This document shows positions 37,751-50,469 of a stretch of 64,000 bases of DNA, in pieces (positions within the stretch are counted from its first letter, which is position 1; each line of letters starts with the position of its first letter). Where the stretch lies: contig NMRA01000185.1 in the NCBI GenBank assembly GCA_002633005.1, forward strand, positions 659,297 through 723,296. The letters are read 5' to 3'. The translations under genes and the position numbers were made by a program. This DNA is from Phoronis australis (lineage: Eukaryota > Animalia > Phoronida). A model generated the notes under the pieces. That model was not told where the DNA came from. It saw only the letters and a program-made list of their open reading frames with translations, and searched no databases.

Positions 37751-40700
37751 AGTTTGTACTTTTTCAAATTGTCACCTCTGTGGTCACAGGTGATTTGAAC
37801 CATTGAAGAGCAATTTTCAATCACTAAGGGAATTTTTAGACCTCGTGGGGCCGGGAATTTCGCGGGACTTTTCAATATTTTTGAGAGGGGAATAGGGCCG
37901 ATATTTGGCCCCAAAATTGAGGGATGGAGGGCCCTGTCCTTTTCGTAAAGAAAACTGCATCACGCTTCAACCCGTAATCGTGAAAACCAGCCTGGCTAGC
38001 CGAAGATTCTCCGGTCACGGGTCCTCGTTGCTATGAAGGCATCCGAGATGTGACAAATTATGATTCGAAAACAGTTATAAATTTGATACGGACATATTTT
38101 CTTTCGTCGCAAGGACCCAACGCTTCCGAATCCCAACGTCCTTAAGGATTGTAAAACAGACAGTTGAGTGTCCGTGTAAGAATAAATATTGATTAAGTAA
38201 TTAGTAAGAATAGATCCATTTTAAGTTGCCCAAAATTTGTGCGTGTGTACTTTTAAATCATGGGGTCAGACTTGTTTGACATGTACTTTAACGTCAAAAT
38301 CTACAACTTTGGGTTCTGGGGTCAAAGTACTCTAGAGATTCTAGAAAATTCTGAGAACAAATTGTAACAGCCTATAATATGTTTGGATATGATCACTAAA
38401 AAAGTAGAATGTTATATTATGGCTGAAATCAACAAGATAATTAGATGAGCTATAGTAGTTGAAGCATAAAGACTTGGTACAGTGTACAAAGGCAATTGTA
38501 CAACAGAGCCATCTCGTGGAAGATTCTAGGAAGTATCTTGGAAAGGTCAAGGATTAACGAACAGGAAGTTAACTAAGAGCTTGTCACTTGCATCGTGGGT
38601 AGTAAAGTGTTTCGTCACCAGCCAGAGATTGTGACCAGCAAGAAGAATCGCGGGTAGAAGAAATTGCCTGCAAGTGTTGCATCACCAGATACGGTGACCA
38701 GCAAGTACACTGTCGCTATGGAGGCACAGAACAGTTCTCACTGGGTTTTGGCCAGCAAAACACACATCACTTGATTTGTCACCTTCTCTTCACTCTGTCA
38801 AAAACAGGATGCAAAGAATGACATGTTTTCAATTATTTCACATAAAAATCCCTGCAGATGAGCACAGAAACTTTATTCTCTCTTGTATTTTTGACCCTTT
38901 CATTCCCACTGAAAACCAAGCTAGACGAAGAAAAATAAGGGCAAAAAATGCAAAATTGGCACTTTTCACCTCAAAAACACCACTTCCCTGCCGATGCACG
39001 ACTAAAGCCAACATTAGAGTCTGAAAGCAAATTTCCTACCGATTCCGAAAATGTGGTCCAAAAGTACTGTCAACCAACTAGTTCTTTGGCAATTCTTGCT
39101 TGTTTGAGGGCTACCTAGAATCACAGCCAATTTCTCAGTCGATACCCAGCAATGCACAATGGGACTATTCGGAAAATCTACAATAACTAGAGGGCGCGCG
39201 TGTACTAGTGGTGATAGATTAACAGCCTCGATTTCGTGAGCCCTTTAAATACATGGTGAAATGGCTTGCAGCCGTGCCAACTGAATCTGAGATTGCGTGA
39301 AAAGGGTGCTTCTATGAGAGGAAGTAAGCACGACCTTATACAAAGGTAAGGTTGTGATTATTTTAACGATTATTCCATGCTTCTTCTACCGATGCCTGTT
39401 AACTGAGGTACTCGCCGATGTCGACTTCGCGGCAGTCGCCAGTCGGGTTAATCTTTGTTTGTTGTGATATGTGATACGATACTTGACGTAGCAATCGGGA
39501 TCTTTTCGTACATCAAAGCATTATTATTGTTTGGAATGATTTCTAACAGTTTATCAGTGACAGTTACATCAATCAATGCTGAATGTTTATGCTGTCAACT
39601 CGATACAGGTTAATGAGTTAAGATTACAATCCAAGCCCAATGCCAAAGCGGGGTACGTGACAAATATCCATTGCATTAGACTATTTCTTTACTCCCTATC
39701 ATATGTCGTCTGGAAATCTATTACACGTTGAAATGGAAATCTATCAAGTCTGTTTTCACGTAACCTTTGGTTTTTAGGTTTGAGGGCTTGTACCGTGCAG
39801 AGGAGATATGCATCGCTTCTGCACCGTCCCTGAATGGACAAAAATTGGTTTTTAGCATTTGACTGCAGCTAACCAACAAGACCTTCCCATCCAGTGCAGA
39901 TCTTTTGTCAAATCCTACTTTCAATATTGGAGGCAACGAACAAAGCCTTTGAAAAGGAACAGCTATTTTTAAAGAAAGGTGTGTAAGTCATTTTGTTAAT
40001 TTTCTTATTCAAGTCCTTAGCGGGGGATTGGCATGGGGGGTTGGGGTTGTATATTTGGTACAACTAAATGTGTGGAAATAACAGGTAATACATGTTTGGG
40101 GAAAAGAGCATGGTGAGGTAATTCTTAACCTTCATGAAGTCCCTTCGAATTGATTTCTTGAAACTGTTTTGCTACTTGTATCAATTGTAAACCCATGAAA
40201 ATATATTACATTTTCTGAATTCACAGTGACTGAATAGTCTTAACTCATGCCTTGAAATGTTGCAAGTCATTATAAATTCAAATGACTGCCATTTTTGTGA
40301 AAATTGCATTTTTGATGGTGCCTTAAGGTTTGTAATTACTCTTAAACAACAGAAAGATTAATCATCATTTTTAAATGACCCAAGTCTTCATATCTTCTAT
40401 TAGAAGAAAAATTAAAAGTCTGAGAAACGGTTCCCTCAACCTTAGACTAGAAGTATTCTTGACAGACCCATGAACCTGTAATCGGAGTTTAAAATTGCTG
40501 AAAGTATCAAAATTAAAAAGTCTTGAAAATGGGTAACAAAGGTTTGAAGTTGTCTCAAAAAGCTTGTATATTTTGCAGACAAGTGATGCGTTTACATAAT
40601 TGTTATGGCTACGAATAAAAAATAAAGACACAGTTTAATGCAATGCTTATTATATACACCCTTGGTTTCTGAAAATAGTAATTATTTAATTTTATGTGAA

Positions 40701-40929
40701 ACTGTAGAGCAGTCACCATATATTTTTGAATAACAGGGATAATGTTTTTGACCCAATCTGGTGTACTTAAATATTCACATTTCAATATTTGTTCCAGGTT
40801 CAGTGACATTTTAAAGCCACTTCAAGCTGTATCATAGACAAGCTTTATTACTCCGTTCTCTTCCCACAGCACTTCCACACACCAGCAGTGCTGCATGACA
40901 CAATGTACAAGTCAGTGGCCCTGGAGAAA

Positions 40930-43798
40930 TGTAAATCGCAGTACTAAGTAAATTCCAGTTTCGATAGCTGTTACCAGCGCTTGTATCACTGGATCTTCAC
41001 GGCTTGCTGCACGTACCTCTTCTACAGTAATTGACTTCGGGACTGCAGTCTTCATTACATACTGAATGAAAGCTTCTCCTGCGTTTTGTCGATTCGGCTG
41101 TGTCACTGGATGACGACTCATGTAGTCTGCTGGGTTGTTCTCGTTTTTTCCTGGACGATACTGCACGGTCATTTCATATGGCATAAGTCGTAGTCTCCAT
41201 CGCTCCATTCTTGCTGTGGTCGGCTTCTGGCTCTTGATTATACCAAGCAAAGGTTTATGATCAGTGGTGATCGTGAAGGTTGAGCCATAAATGTAGATAT
41301 GGAACTTTTCAACTCCAAAGACAAGTGCGAGCATTTCTCGGTCTGTCTGTGAGTATCGTGTCTCAGTGTCAGTGAGTGCACGGCTTGCATACGAGATGAC
41401 TTTACCTTCTTGCATCAAGACTCAGCACCTAGGCCAACTGGGCTTGCGTCGGCTAGTATTTCGGTTTTCTTCTGATGGTCGAAATATGCAAGTACTGAGG
41501 TACTTGTCAGCGCATCCTTCAGGTTATTGAAAGCTGTCTCTTCATCTTTGCCCCATGACCATGTGACATCCTTCTTGGTGAGACCTCGTAACGGTTCAAC
41601 AATGGTGGCATAATGACGAATAAATCTGGAAAGGTACTGCGCCATTCCGAGTAGAGATCGAACTTCTGCAGATGAGGAAGGAGCATTCATGTCGAGGATG
41701 GCCTGAGTCTTGGACGGTTGTGGAGATATGCCTTGTGCACCAAACGTATGGCCATAGAAGGTAAGTTGATTCACAGAGAATAGGCACTTCTCTTTGTTGA
41801 GCTTAGCATCACTGTCGTTCAGCCTCTTCAGTGTTGCTTGTAGGCTTGCATCGTGTTCCATCTGGGTTTTGCCGAAGACAATTATGTCGTCTGAGAGGTT
41901 CTTGGCACCTGGGATGTCCTGAAGTAACTGTGCAATAGTATTCTGAAATAGTTCAGCTGCAGCGTTGACTCCAAACAGTAGTCTCTTGTATCGTCGTAGA
42001 CCAACATGTGTTGTAAATGTGGTGATGAAGCGACTTTCTTCGTCCAACTCTAGTTGATGGTAGGCACTTGACATGTCTAACTTGCTGAAGACTGTAGCCT
42101 CATTCAGGTCATGGACAAGGTCATCAATAGTCGGCATGATGTGCTTGGTTCGCTTAATCGCTTTATTGGCTTCTCTCATGTCGACACACAGTCGTACGCC
42201 TTCTTTCTTGGGTATTACTACAAGTGGGCTAATCCATGGGGTGGGGCCGTTGACTTCCTCAATCACGTCGAGATCGGTCAGTCGTGCAATTTCTTGTTCG
42301 ACATCTTTTCGCACGTGAAATGGAATGCGTCGATGCCTCTGAGTTATCGGTTGTATGGTGTTATCGATGTGGAGCTTGATCTTGACATCTTTGAGTTTGC
42401 CAATGCCTGGAGAAAACAGATGAGAATACTCTTCACTCTCCGGGATGGATGACTGGAAGGCATACTGGATGAGACCAAGTGCTTGGGCGGTTTGTCCACA
42501 AAGTAGGCTGCAAGTGGGACGGTCACGTTGAATCAGGTAGAAGGTCGCCATGCATTTAGAGCCATTATACGCCACTTCCGTTTTGAAGGAGCCCACTACG
42601 TCGAGGCATGCATCTTGTGCGTATGCGTAAATCTTCGTCGACCGGGGTTGTAGTGTAGGTCTCTCAGGAAAATGCTGTAGCATGGACTCGGGAATAATAT
42701 TCACTGAAGCTCCCGTATCTACAATGAATTCTACTGATGTATTAAGGAGTGAAATAGTGACCCTTGTGCGAAATGTCCAACTTTTCCACAGTTCAGACAG
42801 TATCTCCCTTTTGCAGGACATATGGTGTTCGCAGGATGGGGAAAATCTCCACCACAGTTGCGACACACACGGTTTCGTTTTCGCCAGTTGTTGTTGGGCT
42901 TGTGGTTCTTACTGGTGTGGGTCTGCCCTGATGATGTTCGCTTCGGGACTCGCGAGTTGAATTATTTCTTGGGTCTGTGCTGGTCCTGTTGCTTGAACTT
43001 ATGGGGCGGCTGTGATTTGTGCTTGTGCAATGTTAGCAAGTTGACACCCTTTTCAATGTCACTGGCACCCATGTTGTCTCGTAGGCCACGACGGCGGAGT
43101 CGAGTGGAGGTACACCCATGAAGAATCTGTGTTAAGATCTCACGATCTGTGTCATGAAAGTCACATGTGGCTGCAAGTGTTCTCAAGCGAGTGTGAAACG
43201 AGTCGATTGTCTCTGATGGTTCTTGCACCGCTTGCCTGAATTTGTATGTTTCATATGCAGTGTTTTGCTTAGGCGTGAAGTAAGTAGTGAAGCTTTGTTT
43301 CACAATATCATAGGCATCTTCTTCATCCTTCATGCTATCATAGATATCGAACCCCTCTTCGCCTATGTAATGTAGTAATAGGGCTTTCTTACGTTTAGTG
43401 TCAGTAATGTCTAGGGCTAAAAGCATGTTTTCAAACTTGTTTAGCCATTTCATCCACCTACTACCCGCGGATTGTTCATTGGCATGTACCAGAAACGGGG
43501 GAAAGGCAGGTAGGGATGTCATATCAACAGCACGGACTCAGCGTGTACGGGCGAGGACAGCTCAAATATACTGCTAATGTCAGTTCGTGACAGGTTATGT
43601 AGGAATAACACGTATCCCTGTGACTTCTCGGTTGTTATTGGGGTCTTGTCGATCCTCGTCGCCAGTGTTGCATCGTTAGTTAATCTAATAAAACAAGTAT
43701 TAAATCAGGAACCAACGTGTATTGTGTACGTCAGACGATCCACGTACCGGAAGTGACTCCTTACATTTATACTATTCGAATGTAACAACACTACAACA
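40930..43798 (-). mobile_element. Ty3/Gypsy (Mag-like) LTR retrotransposon, frameshifted and 3'-truncated (no integrase core, no 3' LTR)
   Basis: gag at 43522-42962 plus frameshifted CCHC knuckles (CRNCGGDFPH..C, CLNCGKVGH). Protease FIVDTGASVNI. RT LCVDMR..KLD..LSDD. RNase H DASPVGLG / YSQTDRE / TDHKPL / ADYMSR. Confidence 0.92.
43652..43798 (-). repeat. 5' LTR (133 bp, 43666-43798) and primer-binding site
   Basis: TGTTG...CAACA termini. PBS TGGCGACGAGGAT (43664-43652) is complementary to the 3' end of tRNA-Ser(GCU) (..ATCCTCGTCGCCA). Confidence 0.8.
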
Positions 43799-44114
43799 AT
43801 GATCCTAGTTATTGAACAGATAAGAAAAATTCTCTGTGAGGCAGTAGGACCTAGTGAGTAAAGTGGTTTTGGGTTTGCTTGATTCAATTGTTTGTCATGA
43901 TAGTTGTTTTTGAAACATTACATATTTTAAGGATAATTTAATTTTAGCTGCAGTCACTGTGGTTGATGATCAGTTGAAAGATGGTGGAGGTTGGTTTTAT
44001 ACCACTAATTGATTAAATATTGGTGTTTATGAGTGTAAGAAAAGTGCATTCATTTAAATGTGTAGATGCTGAGGTTGGCCAGTAATGAAATATATCAAAT
44101 AAACACAGAAAAAT

Positions 44115-44207
44115 CAGGAACCCCAACTGGGAATTGAACCACAGGTCTCTAGATTGCCAGTCTAGTGGTCTTACCACTAGACCCGCAATCTAGAGACCTG
44201 TGGTTCA
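44115..44207 (-). mobile_element. tRNA-derived SINE head fragment with a fold-back duplication
   Basis: Minus strand GGTCTAGTGGTAAGA (A-box-like) ... GGTTCAATTCCC (B box). The 23-bp arm is duplicated in inverted orientation. Confidence 0.55.
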
Positions 44208-44802
44208 TTTAATATGTGGTGTGTCTGTCCACCTATTTTGCAAATTTGCTTTCCATTTTTCTGACTAGACACATGAATGACCATTTCCACTGCTGGAATT
44301 TTTTCCCAACTTCACTTTCTATCTGCAAACCTATGACCTTGGCTGTTAATTTAATGATACAGTGTTCACATACAAAGAAGTCAAAACTGACACATTGCAT
44401 TGGATGCTATGTAACCGTGAATATTCAAATTTGTAGCAAGTGATAACTTCCTGGAGAACTGTGTACAAGTATAATCAGGAAAAGAAACAATTTGTAAATA
44501 AATTACGTTTTTTAAGAAAACACCACAACTGATACACTGAAAAACACATGTGAGCATATAGGAAACCCTAGTAATTCCAAATATTATGCAATCAGTATTT
44601 GATAGTGAAATGAACAAATAATTATTAAAAACTGCGTTGTTTTATTAAGGTAACAATGACATATTGCCATACTCATTTACATAAAAATAGTATTGTAAAC
44701 AAGACTTTTGCAAGACCTATGGTTGTTTGTAAAGTAGTACTTCATTTGCATATTCACTATTTAACGAAACATCTTTAATCTAGTACTTATGTTTACTTTC
44801 AG

Positions 44803-46672
44803 AATCTGAAGGTAAGTGAACCCCAAACAATGTTAAGATGTTACTGGAGTGTTATCGAAACAGAAAGCATGCAAAGAATGCATACCTCAAGAGGAAAATT
44901 TCTGGGCAGCCATTTCAAATGACATGAAGTCAAAAAGCGTCCACATGTCATGGGAATTCTTGCAAAAAAAGTTTGACAACATGAAATTCCGTTGGGTAAA
45001 ATGTTTCAACTTTGATTAATATATTTGTATTTCTAAGCTTGTCATCCATTTCCTGACACGACTTGCCTGAAATGAGCTGCTTTGTCATAGTCTCTTGTTG
45101 GCTCGTGTCTGTAATGAGTCATTTTGTGTAAGTGACTACATATATCTTATTAATGTGTGTGTCTCAGTAATATATCCACCATAATGTGGTCTATCTTTCT
45201 AATGCAGTCATGACTGATGTGCTTTAGGTACAAGACAGTAAGGGGCCGTCACGCAAAAACCAGTCCGGGGCGCTTGGGAAGACTTCGAAGTAATGGACGA
45301 GATTCTACGTGGAGATCCCGCTGTTACTCCTACAATAACTATTTCATGGAAGGAAGGGATTTCTGGTATAAAGTTAGAAATGGTTTCAAAGTTTTATCCA
45401 ATCTCATGTCAATGTTGGGTTCTCTTCATTGCACTTTTTGTGGTGCCTGATTGGAGGTGTTTTGCCCGCAGTTAATACTCACTCGATCATGCCAATGGCA
45501 GATATTTCTTTGCTAATGTATTTGCTTTGGCATTGTTGACTGAGTTAAAAACTAATATCAACTGACAGCATGGTCCAATTAGAATAATTGTTACTGAAGT
45601 AGAGTTCAATTAAAGGACGAAAGAGTATTGTTGATCACAGGCATTCAATGGTCTTGTCCTCTCCCTCACCTAGATTAGAAATGATTGGTGAGCTTGAGGC
45701 GAACTAATAATTATGCCTCATAAAAGGGACATGGTGAATGTAACCATTATTATGTATATGTGCAACCCCTACATTTTTCAGGATGTTTCAAACAAAATTG
45801 CAAAATTGCATGGTTATGAACTACTATAGGGCATAAATTTGACATTTTGGTGGTTGGCCATTTTTCTGGATTGTAACCTATTTAACATAGTGCAATTCTC
45901 TAAAGGAATGCTTGTCTATGTACATTTCTAACAACCTTCAACCACTGGATGTCTCAAAAACCCTGGTAAGATTTTGACAAAATATGGCGCAAGGGTCATA
46001 GGCAGATCCAGGATTTTGAGTTGGGGGGAGGGCAGGGCAGAGTATTAACCTGGGTTTTGCCTGTCGGACATTCATACACCCGAACTAAATCCACCACTGA
46101 GGGTGTTGGGCAACACTATGATGGTTCATGCCTCTTTTCAATCAGCCCTACAACCTGGCGTAAGAAGGGCGTAGCTCTTTCTGTATTTTTGGGGAGGAGC
46201 ATTTCCGGATGATAGCTAGTAAGAGAACTGATGAAGACAGATTTCAATGAAACTTTACTCAGCAGTATATGCTGACAATGTGCTGGCACTATTTGATTTT
46301 GGAGCTAATTTGACCACTACAGCACCTCCTATTGACCCTTAAAATCATATCGTATGCGATGTACTGTGGGTATACCGCAGCGACGTTCTAGTTCTGTGTT
46401 CCTACTTTGTGGTAATCGGTAGTTACTGGTTATAATTATCACTTTCTAAAAATACCTCCAGAAAAGAACATACCAAACAAAGCACAGCCAAGCATGAGTT
46501 CTTGCAAAAGAACTGCATGTCCATAACGACATGTATCAAAAAAAAGAAAAGTGACGAGCCGCCTGAATGGTTCAAGGCTCATCAAGCTACAACGAAGAGC
46601 CAAATGGAAGAATTGATTAATGCAGTAAAGGAAAGAAATGACATCCTGAGAAACTTTGTTGACAAGCTTTAG
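44803..46672 (+). pseudogene. Myb/SANT-like (trihelix) DNA-binding gene of a PIF/Harbinger element, decayed
   Basis: Exons ~44803-44991 (K*TPNNVKMLLECY...FWAAISNDM...WEFLQKKFDNMKFR), ~45229-45356 (YKTV...WEDFEVMDEILRGDPAVTP) and ~46450-46672 (DEPPEWFK...KERNDILRNFVDKL*). Contains a stop and frameshifts. Convergent with the transposase. Confidence 0.75.
45997..46099. mobile_element. CATAGG...CCACTG MITE with a perfect 5-bp TSD
   Basis: AGGGT at 45992-45996 and 46100-46104. Homologous to the 23944 and 37114 copies. Confidence 0.7.
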
Positions 46673-47630
46673 TTTTTGTTCTCAGTGTACCCCCATAGTA
46701 TTCAGATCTTGGTGCATATTGCTGTATGTCAGCACATTCGAGTTCGTACATCCACCTGTTGGTAGTTTTATATTTTTGACGTCATAAATATTTGATGGGT
46801 TTTCTTTTATTTCTTCTTTTTATTAAATAATGTGATAACAAAAAGTGTGTTTTATCAGTAAATCTTGACCAAGACCTCACTCAAATGCAGGTCTTTCATA
46901 GTCATGAAACTGGGGAGCTAAACAGTCTAAATGTATTAGTTATTGATTGGATTAAATATTAACAATACATCCATTTTTATCAGTAAATGAATGTTTAATA
47001 TATCCAAACACATTATCTAAATAATGTTAATTGGAAGCAAGAATTAAATAAACTAAAAGTGTCACGCAGCTGGAAGACAGTCATTTTCAATTAATTAAAA
47101 AAACTTGGTATTACATCAATGGGTCTCCAATACACACCAGCTTTGAAATTATGCAGGAAATACACTATAAAGGCCTCTTCTTATCAAGCACTTGTGGGTT
47201 TTGCTCCTTAGCTTGGTAATGAAAGCAATAGATGGGTGCGGGTATTCGAATGCTGGCAGGATAAAGTTCCACTACAAGTTCTATCAGCGTGTTTCCTAAT
47301 ACAATGCAATTTGGAACAGACGGCTAGTATACAACAATGGGGGTTAATCAATAAACAGGTACTATGACAAGTTTTCTCGTAAATATTCTCTTCTTAAAAT
47401 TAATTGTAAATAATAAAGGCCATTGGATTTGTTAGCTAACATACCCACATCATAAGCCAAGGTGGAAAGAAAACCTGCCTGTTTTTTTTAAGGTTAATAT
47501 ATGTATACTCAAAATGACCAAAAATGTTTCAAATGCCTTTTAGTGCCTTGTAATTTAATTTTTTTCTTGTATCGTAATGTAAACTTAACTTCATCACGGC
47601 CTTGGCACCAGTTTAGCAGTGTGTGGGCTG

Positions 47631-47865
47631 TGTAACGAGGGCATAGAAACAAAAATACCATTGGTTAGGTATTTATTAGAAAGAGAACGAAGGAGACACG
47701 TAACTCTATACACCAGCAGAGAGGGGTTCAACAAAGCTAAGTCATGTAGGTAATGCAAGGGAAAGCAGCAAATGCATGAACGGGAGACACAAGATGATAA
47801 CTCGTAAGTACAGTTAGCATGATTATTGTACTATATATCTGATAACTAAATGTTTCTTTGTTACA
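47631..47865. repeat. Possible solo LTR
   Basis: TGTAAC...GTTACA termini and a minus-strand AATAAA. No matching TSD is visible. Confidence 0.3.
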
Positions 47866-49409
47866 TGTAGGCTCAAGAATTTACTTATCAAATCTCGACG
47901 AAAAAGTAGGAATTCGAGAAAAAATGTAGAGAAAATTAGGAATGCCTCTAAACAAATAGGAATATGTTCAACTTCGGGAGGCATGGGTTCATGTGCAAGA
48001 TAAATAAGAAGAACGGAACTACCAACCATACCTGATTAAAAACAAAAATTATACTTGGTGACCAAGTCAAAGACAGTGTTCTTGTGGGCATTAGCTTGTA
48101 ACTTAATGTTCAAGGGTTTCATTTCCTTACAAGGAGTGTGCTATTTCCAAGCGTTTCTCTAAAGCCTCACCATGACAATTGCCACAACTATCATCACATT
48201 CATCACCCTCACCCTCTTTATTCATAATGATGAAGTTATGCAGAACACAGATACTGAATATGAACCTTACAATATTTGTTTCATTAGTCATTTCCATATC
48301 TTTCAGTCGATGAAATTTACCTTTCAAAATTCCTATAGATCGTTCTACATCGCAGCGTGTTCTTGCATGTGCTACATTGAAGTTCTTTTCTATTTCTGTA
48401 AGATGCCCATTATCGCGAAACGGAACCAACATATAGTCCTTGTTTTGATAGGCAGAGTCTGCAGATGGTAGTCTGCTGGCAATCTGTCAGTCAACGATTC
48501 CAAAGATTGACCTAGAGGCGAGTTCCGAAACACACGACTGTCGTGGGCAGATCCAGGATAACCACAGAAGACATCGGTGAAGAGCAACCTTCTATTGCAG
48601 ACAACCTTTAAATTGATAGTACACCCAAATCATTTTTAGTACAAACCAGTTCAAATTATTATACTAAGTGACTTTCGCCCAGGTTATGTTGTTGATTGCC
48701 TGGACAGAAGTGAGATAATGAACAACGTGGACTTATGATACAATTCCAATTAGGAGAGACCCCAACAATATTGCAAACTATGATTTTAGGCACCATTGAA
48801 GAGTTGGTGGAAGTTCATCCATCATCCATCAATAGTTGAGTTTTGTACATGGAAGTAAATAAAAAGGTACCAAACCACACAATCAATGTGGACAACTATC
48901 CATATTTTTTTAATGTCAGCATTGGGGACAAGGTTGAAAAGGTTGTCAAAATAATCCAATTCTGTTAGAGTCTCTATTTTTTCTGGTGTCTGCTTCCGTA
49001 TTATGCAAATCACTAAAAGGATCGTTTACAAAATCAGTAAATTGGTTCCTGCTGAAAAGACTACGGCTGCCACAAATTTTCGGAAGAACCCAACTACTTG
49101 GTTGCCCGTAGTTCTGCCGCTGTGTATCCATAACCCCTTGCAGGATCTTCACTAACCTTGACAAATCTTTCCCTAAGGTGTTGACCAACAATGAATAATT
49201 TCAGACAGATGTAGGAACAATTGTGGCCCCTGGTGGCTCTTTAAATTTTTAACATTTACATTGACATAGTCAAGTTTCGTTGACAGATTTTCATAAAAAT
49301 AGAGCAGATAATTTTTTATTGAGGACGTGGCAAATGATGCCTTGAGTGATAATCTTTGGGGTATGTTCAATAAATTACCAACATATTAAGATTACTTATA
49401 TATTTTTTT

Positions 49410-49626
49410 AAAAGGAAACATGCTTTAGCCAAGGGCTTATATACACCATGGTCCTCCTCTACAGGTTCTCATTCACTCCCTTGCACACATTTACAAGTAA
49501 GACCGAGCTCAGAGGAATAGGAGACATCTTTGTGAAATGCTTGAATGTCAGCCAGTGAAACCAGGATTTGAACCCAGGTCTCTCATGTGGGAGTCTGGAG
49601 CTTTCACCACAGAGCCACACTGTCTC
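49410..49626 (-). mobile_element. tRNA-derived SINE in a transposase intron
   Basis: Minus strand TGGCTCTGTGG (A box) and GGTTCAAATCC (B box), non-tRNA body and A-rich end. Confidence 0.65.
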
Positions 49627-50469
49627 AAAAGAATGAGACCCTTTACATAATGGTAAAGACAGGAAAGAACATCATTCAGCACCAAGAAAAGTAGGAAATG
49701 CCACCTGTAGGTGCATCGCAGGAAACCCTTTCCTGCATATGAATGCATCTCTGGTCTCCCTATTCACTCCATTTATCTTGATATAAGTGCCATCTATGGC
49801 ACCTATGACACCTGGAATGCCAGCAATACACTAGTACTCCCTTGCTATGCTTGACCAGTCTCCAGCTCCAGGCCACTTGATAACATCATCTACAATTACA
49901 TTTTTTTATCACAAAATATGTTTAAAAAACAAAATTAATGATTGGCAATCTTCAGTGAAATTTTCTTGTTGACAGTAAAAATATTTATTAAGGAAACATT
50001 GCTACTAATAATTACACAGTAGGCATTCCCAAAAACTGAACTAAATATGACTTGTGTAATATAAAACAGCAAGTAATGAATATGACGAATTAAATTTATT
50101 CATGGCCAAAAATCTAAATACCTCAGAACCTATTGAACAGTTCTGTTTTGTTAATGTATTGTACAAGTGCAATAAAGGTACAAGCAACAGTGTCTTCTAA
50201 GTCATCCAGCGACAATAATCCATTTTAATGTCCACAAGATTACACACTTGACTTCACTAAAGACCCCACTGGTCATGAAGTTTTAGTTGCCAGAATTTGT
50301 GTCGGACATTGGTCACACACAGCAATACCTGTAGGGCTCACTGGATCTTCTATCAGCATGACGTTATTAATTTACTCAGACCATCATATCAAAGCAAACA
50401 CATTTACAAATCGTGCATGCATTTAACATAAAAGTTTGAGTGTCAAAAAAATTGGTCAAGGTCAAACCG

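Noticed and set aside
39150-39170. Transib left end (CAATG|CACAATGG)
   Set aside because: No matching right end or transposase was found. It could equally be a ZNF143-like promoter motif.
49548-49626. tRNA gene
   Set aside because: A and B boxes are present but there is no proper acceptor stem or T-run terminator. It continues into a SINE body.
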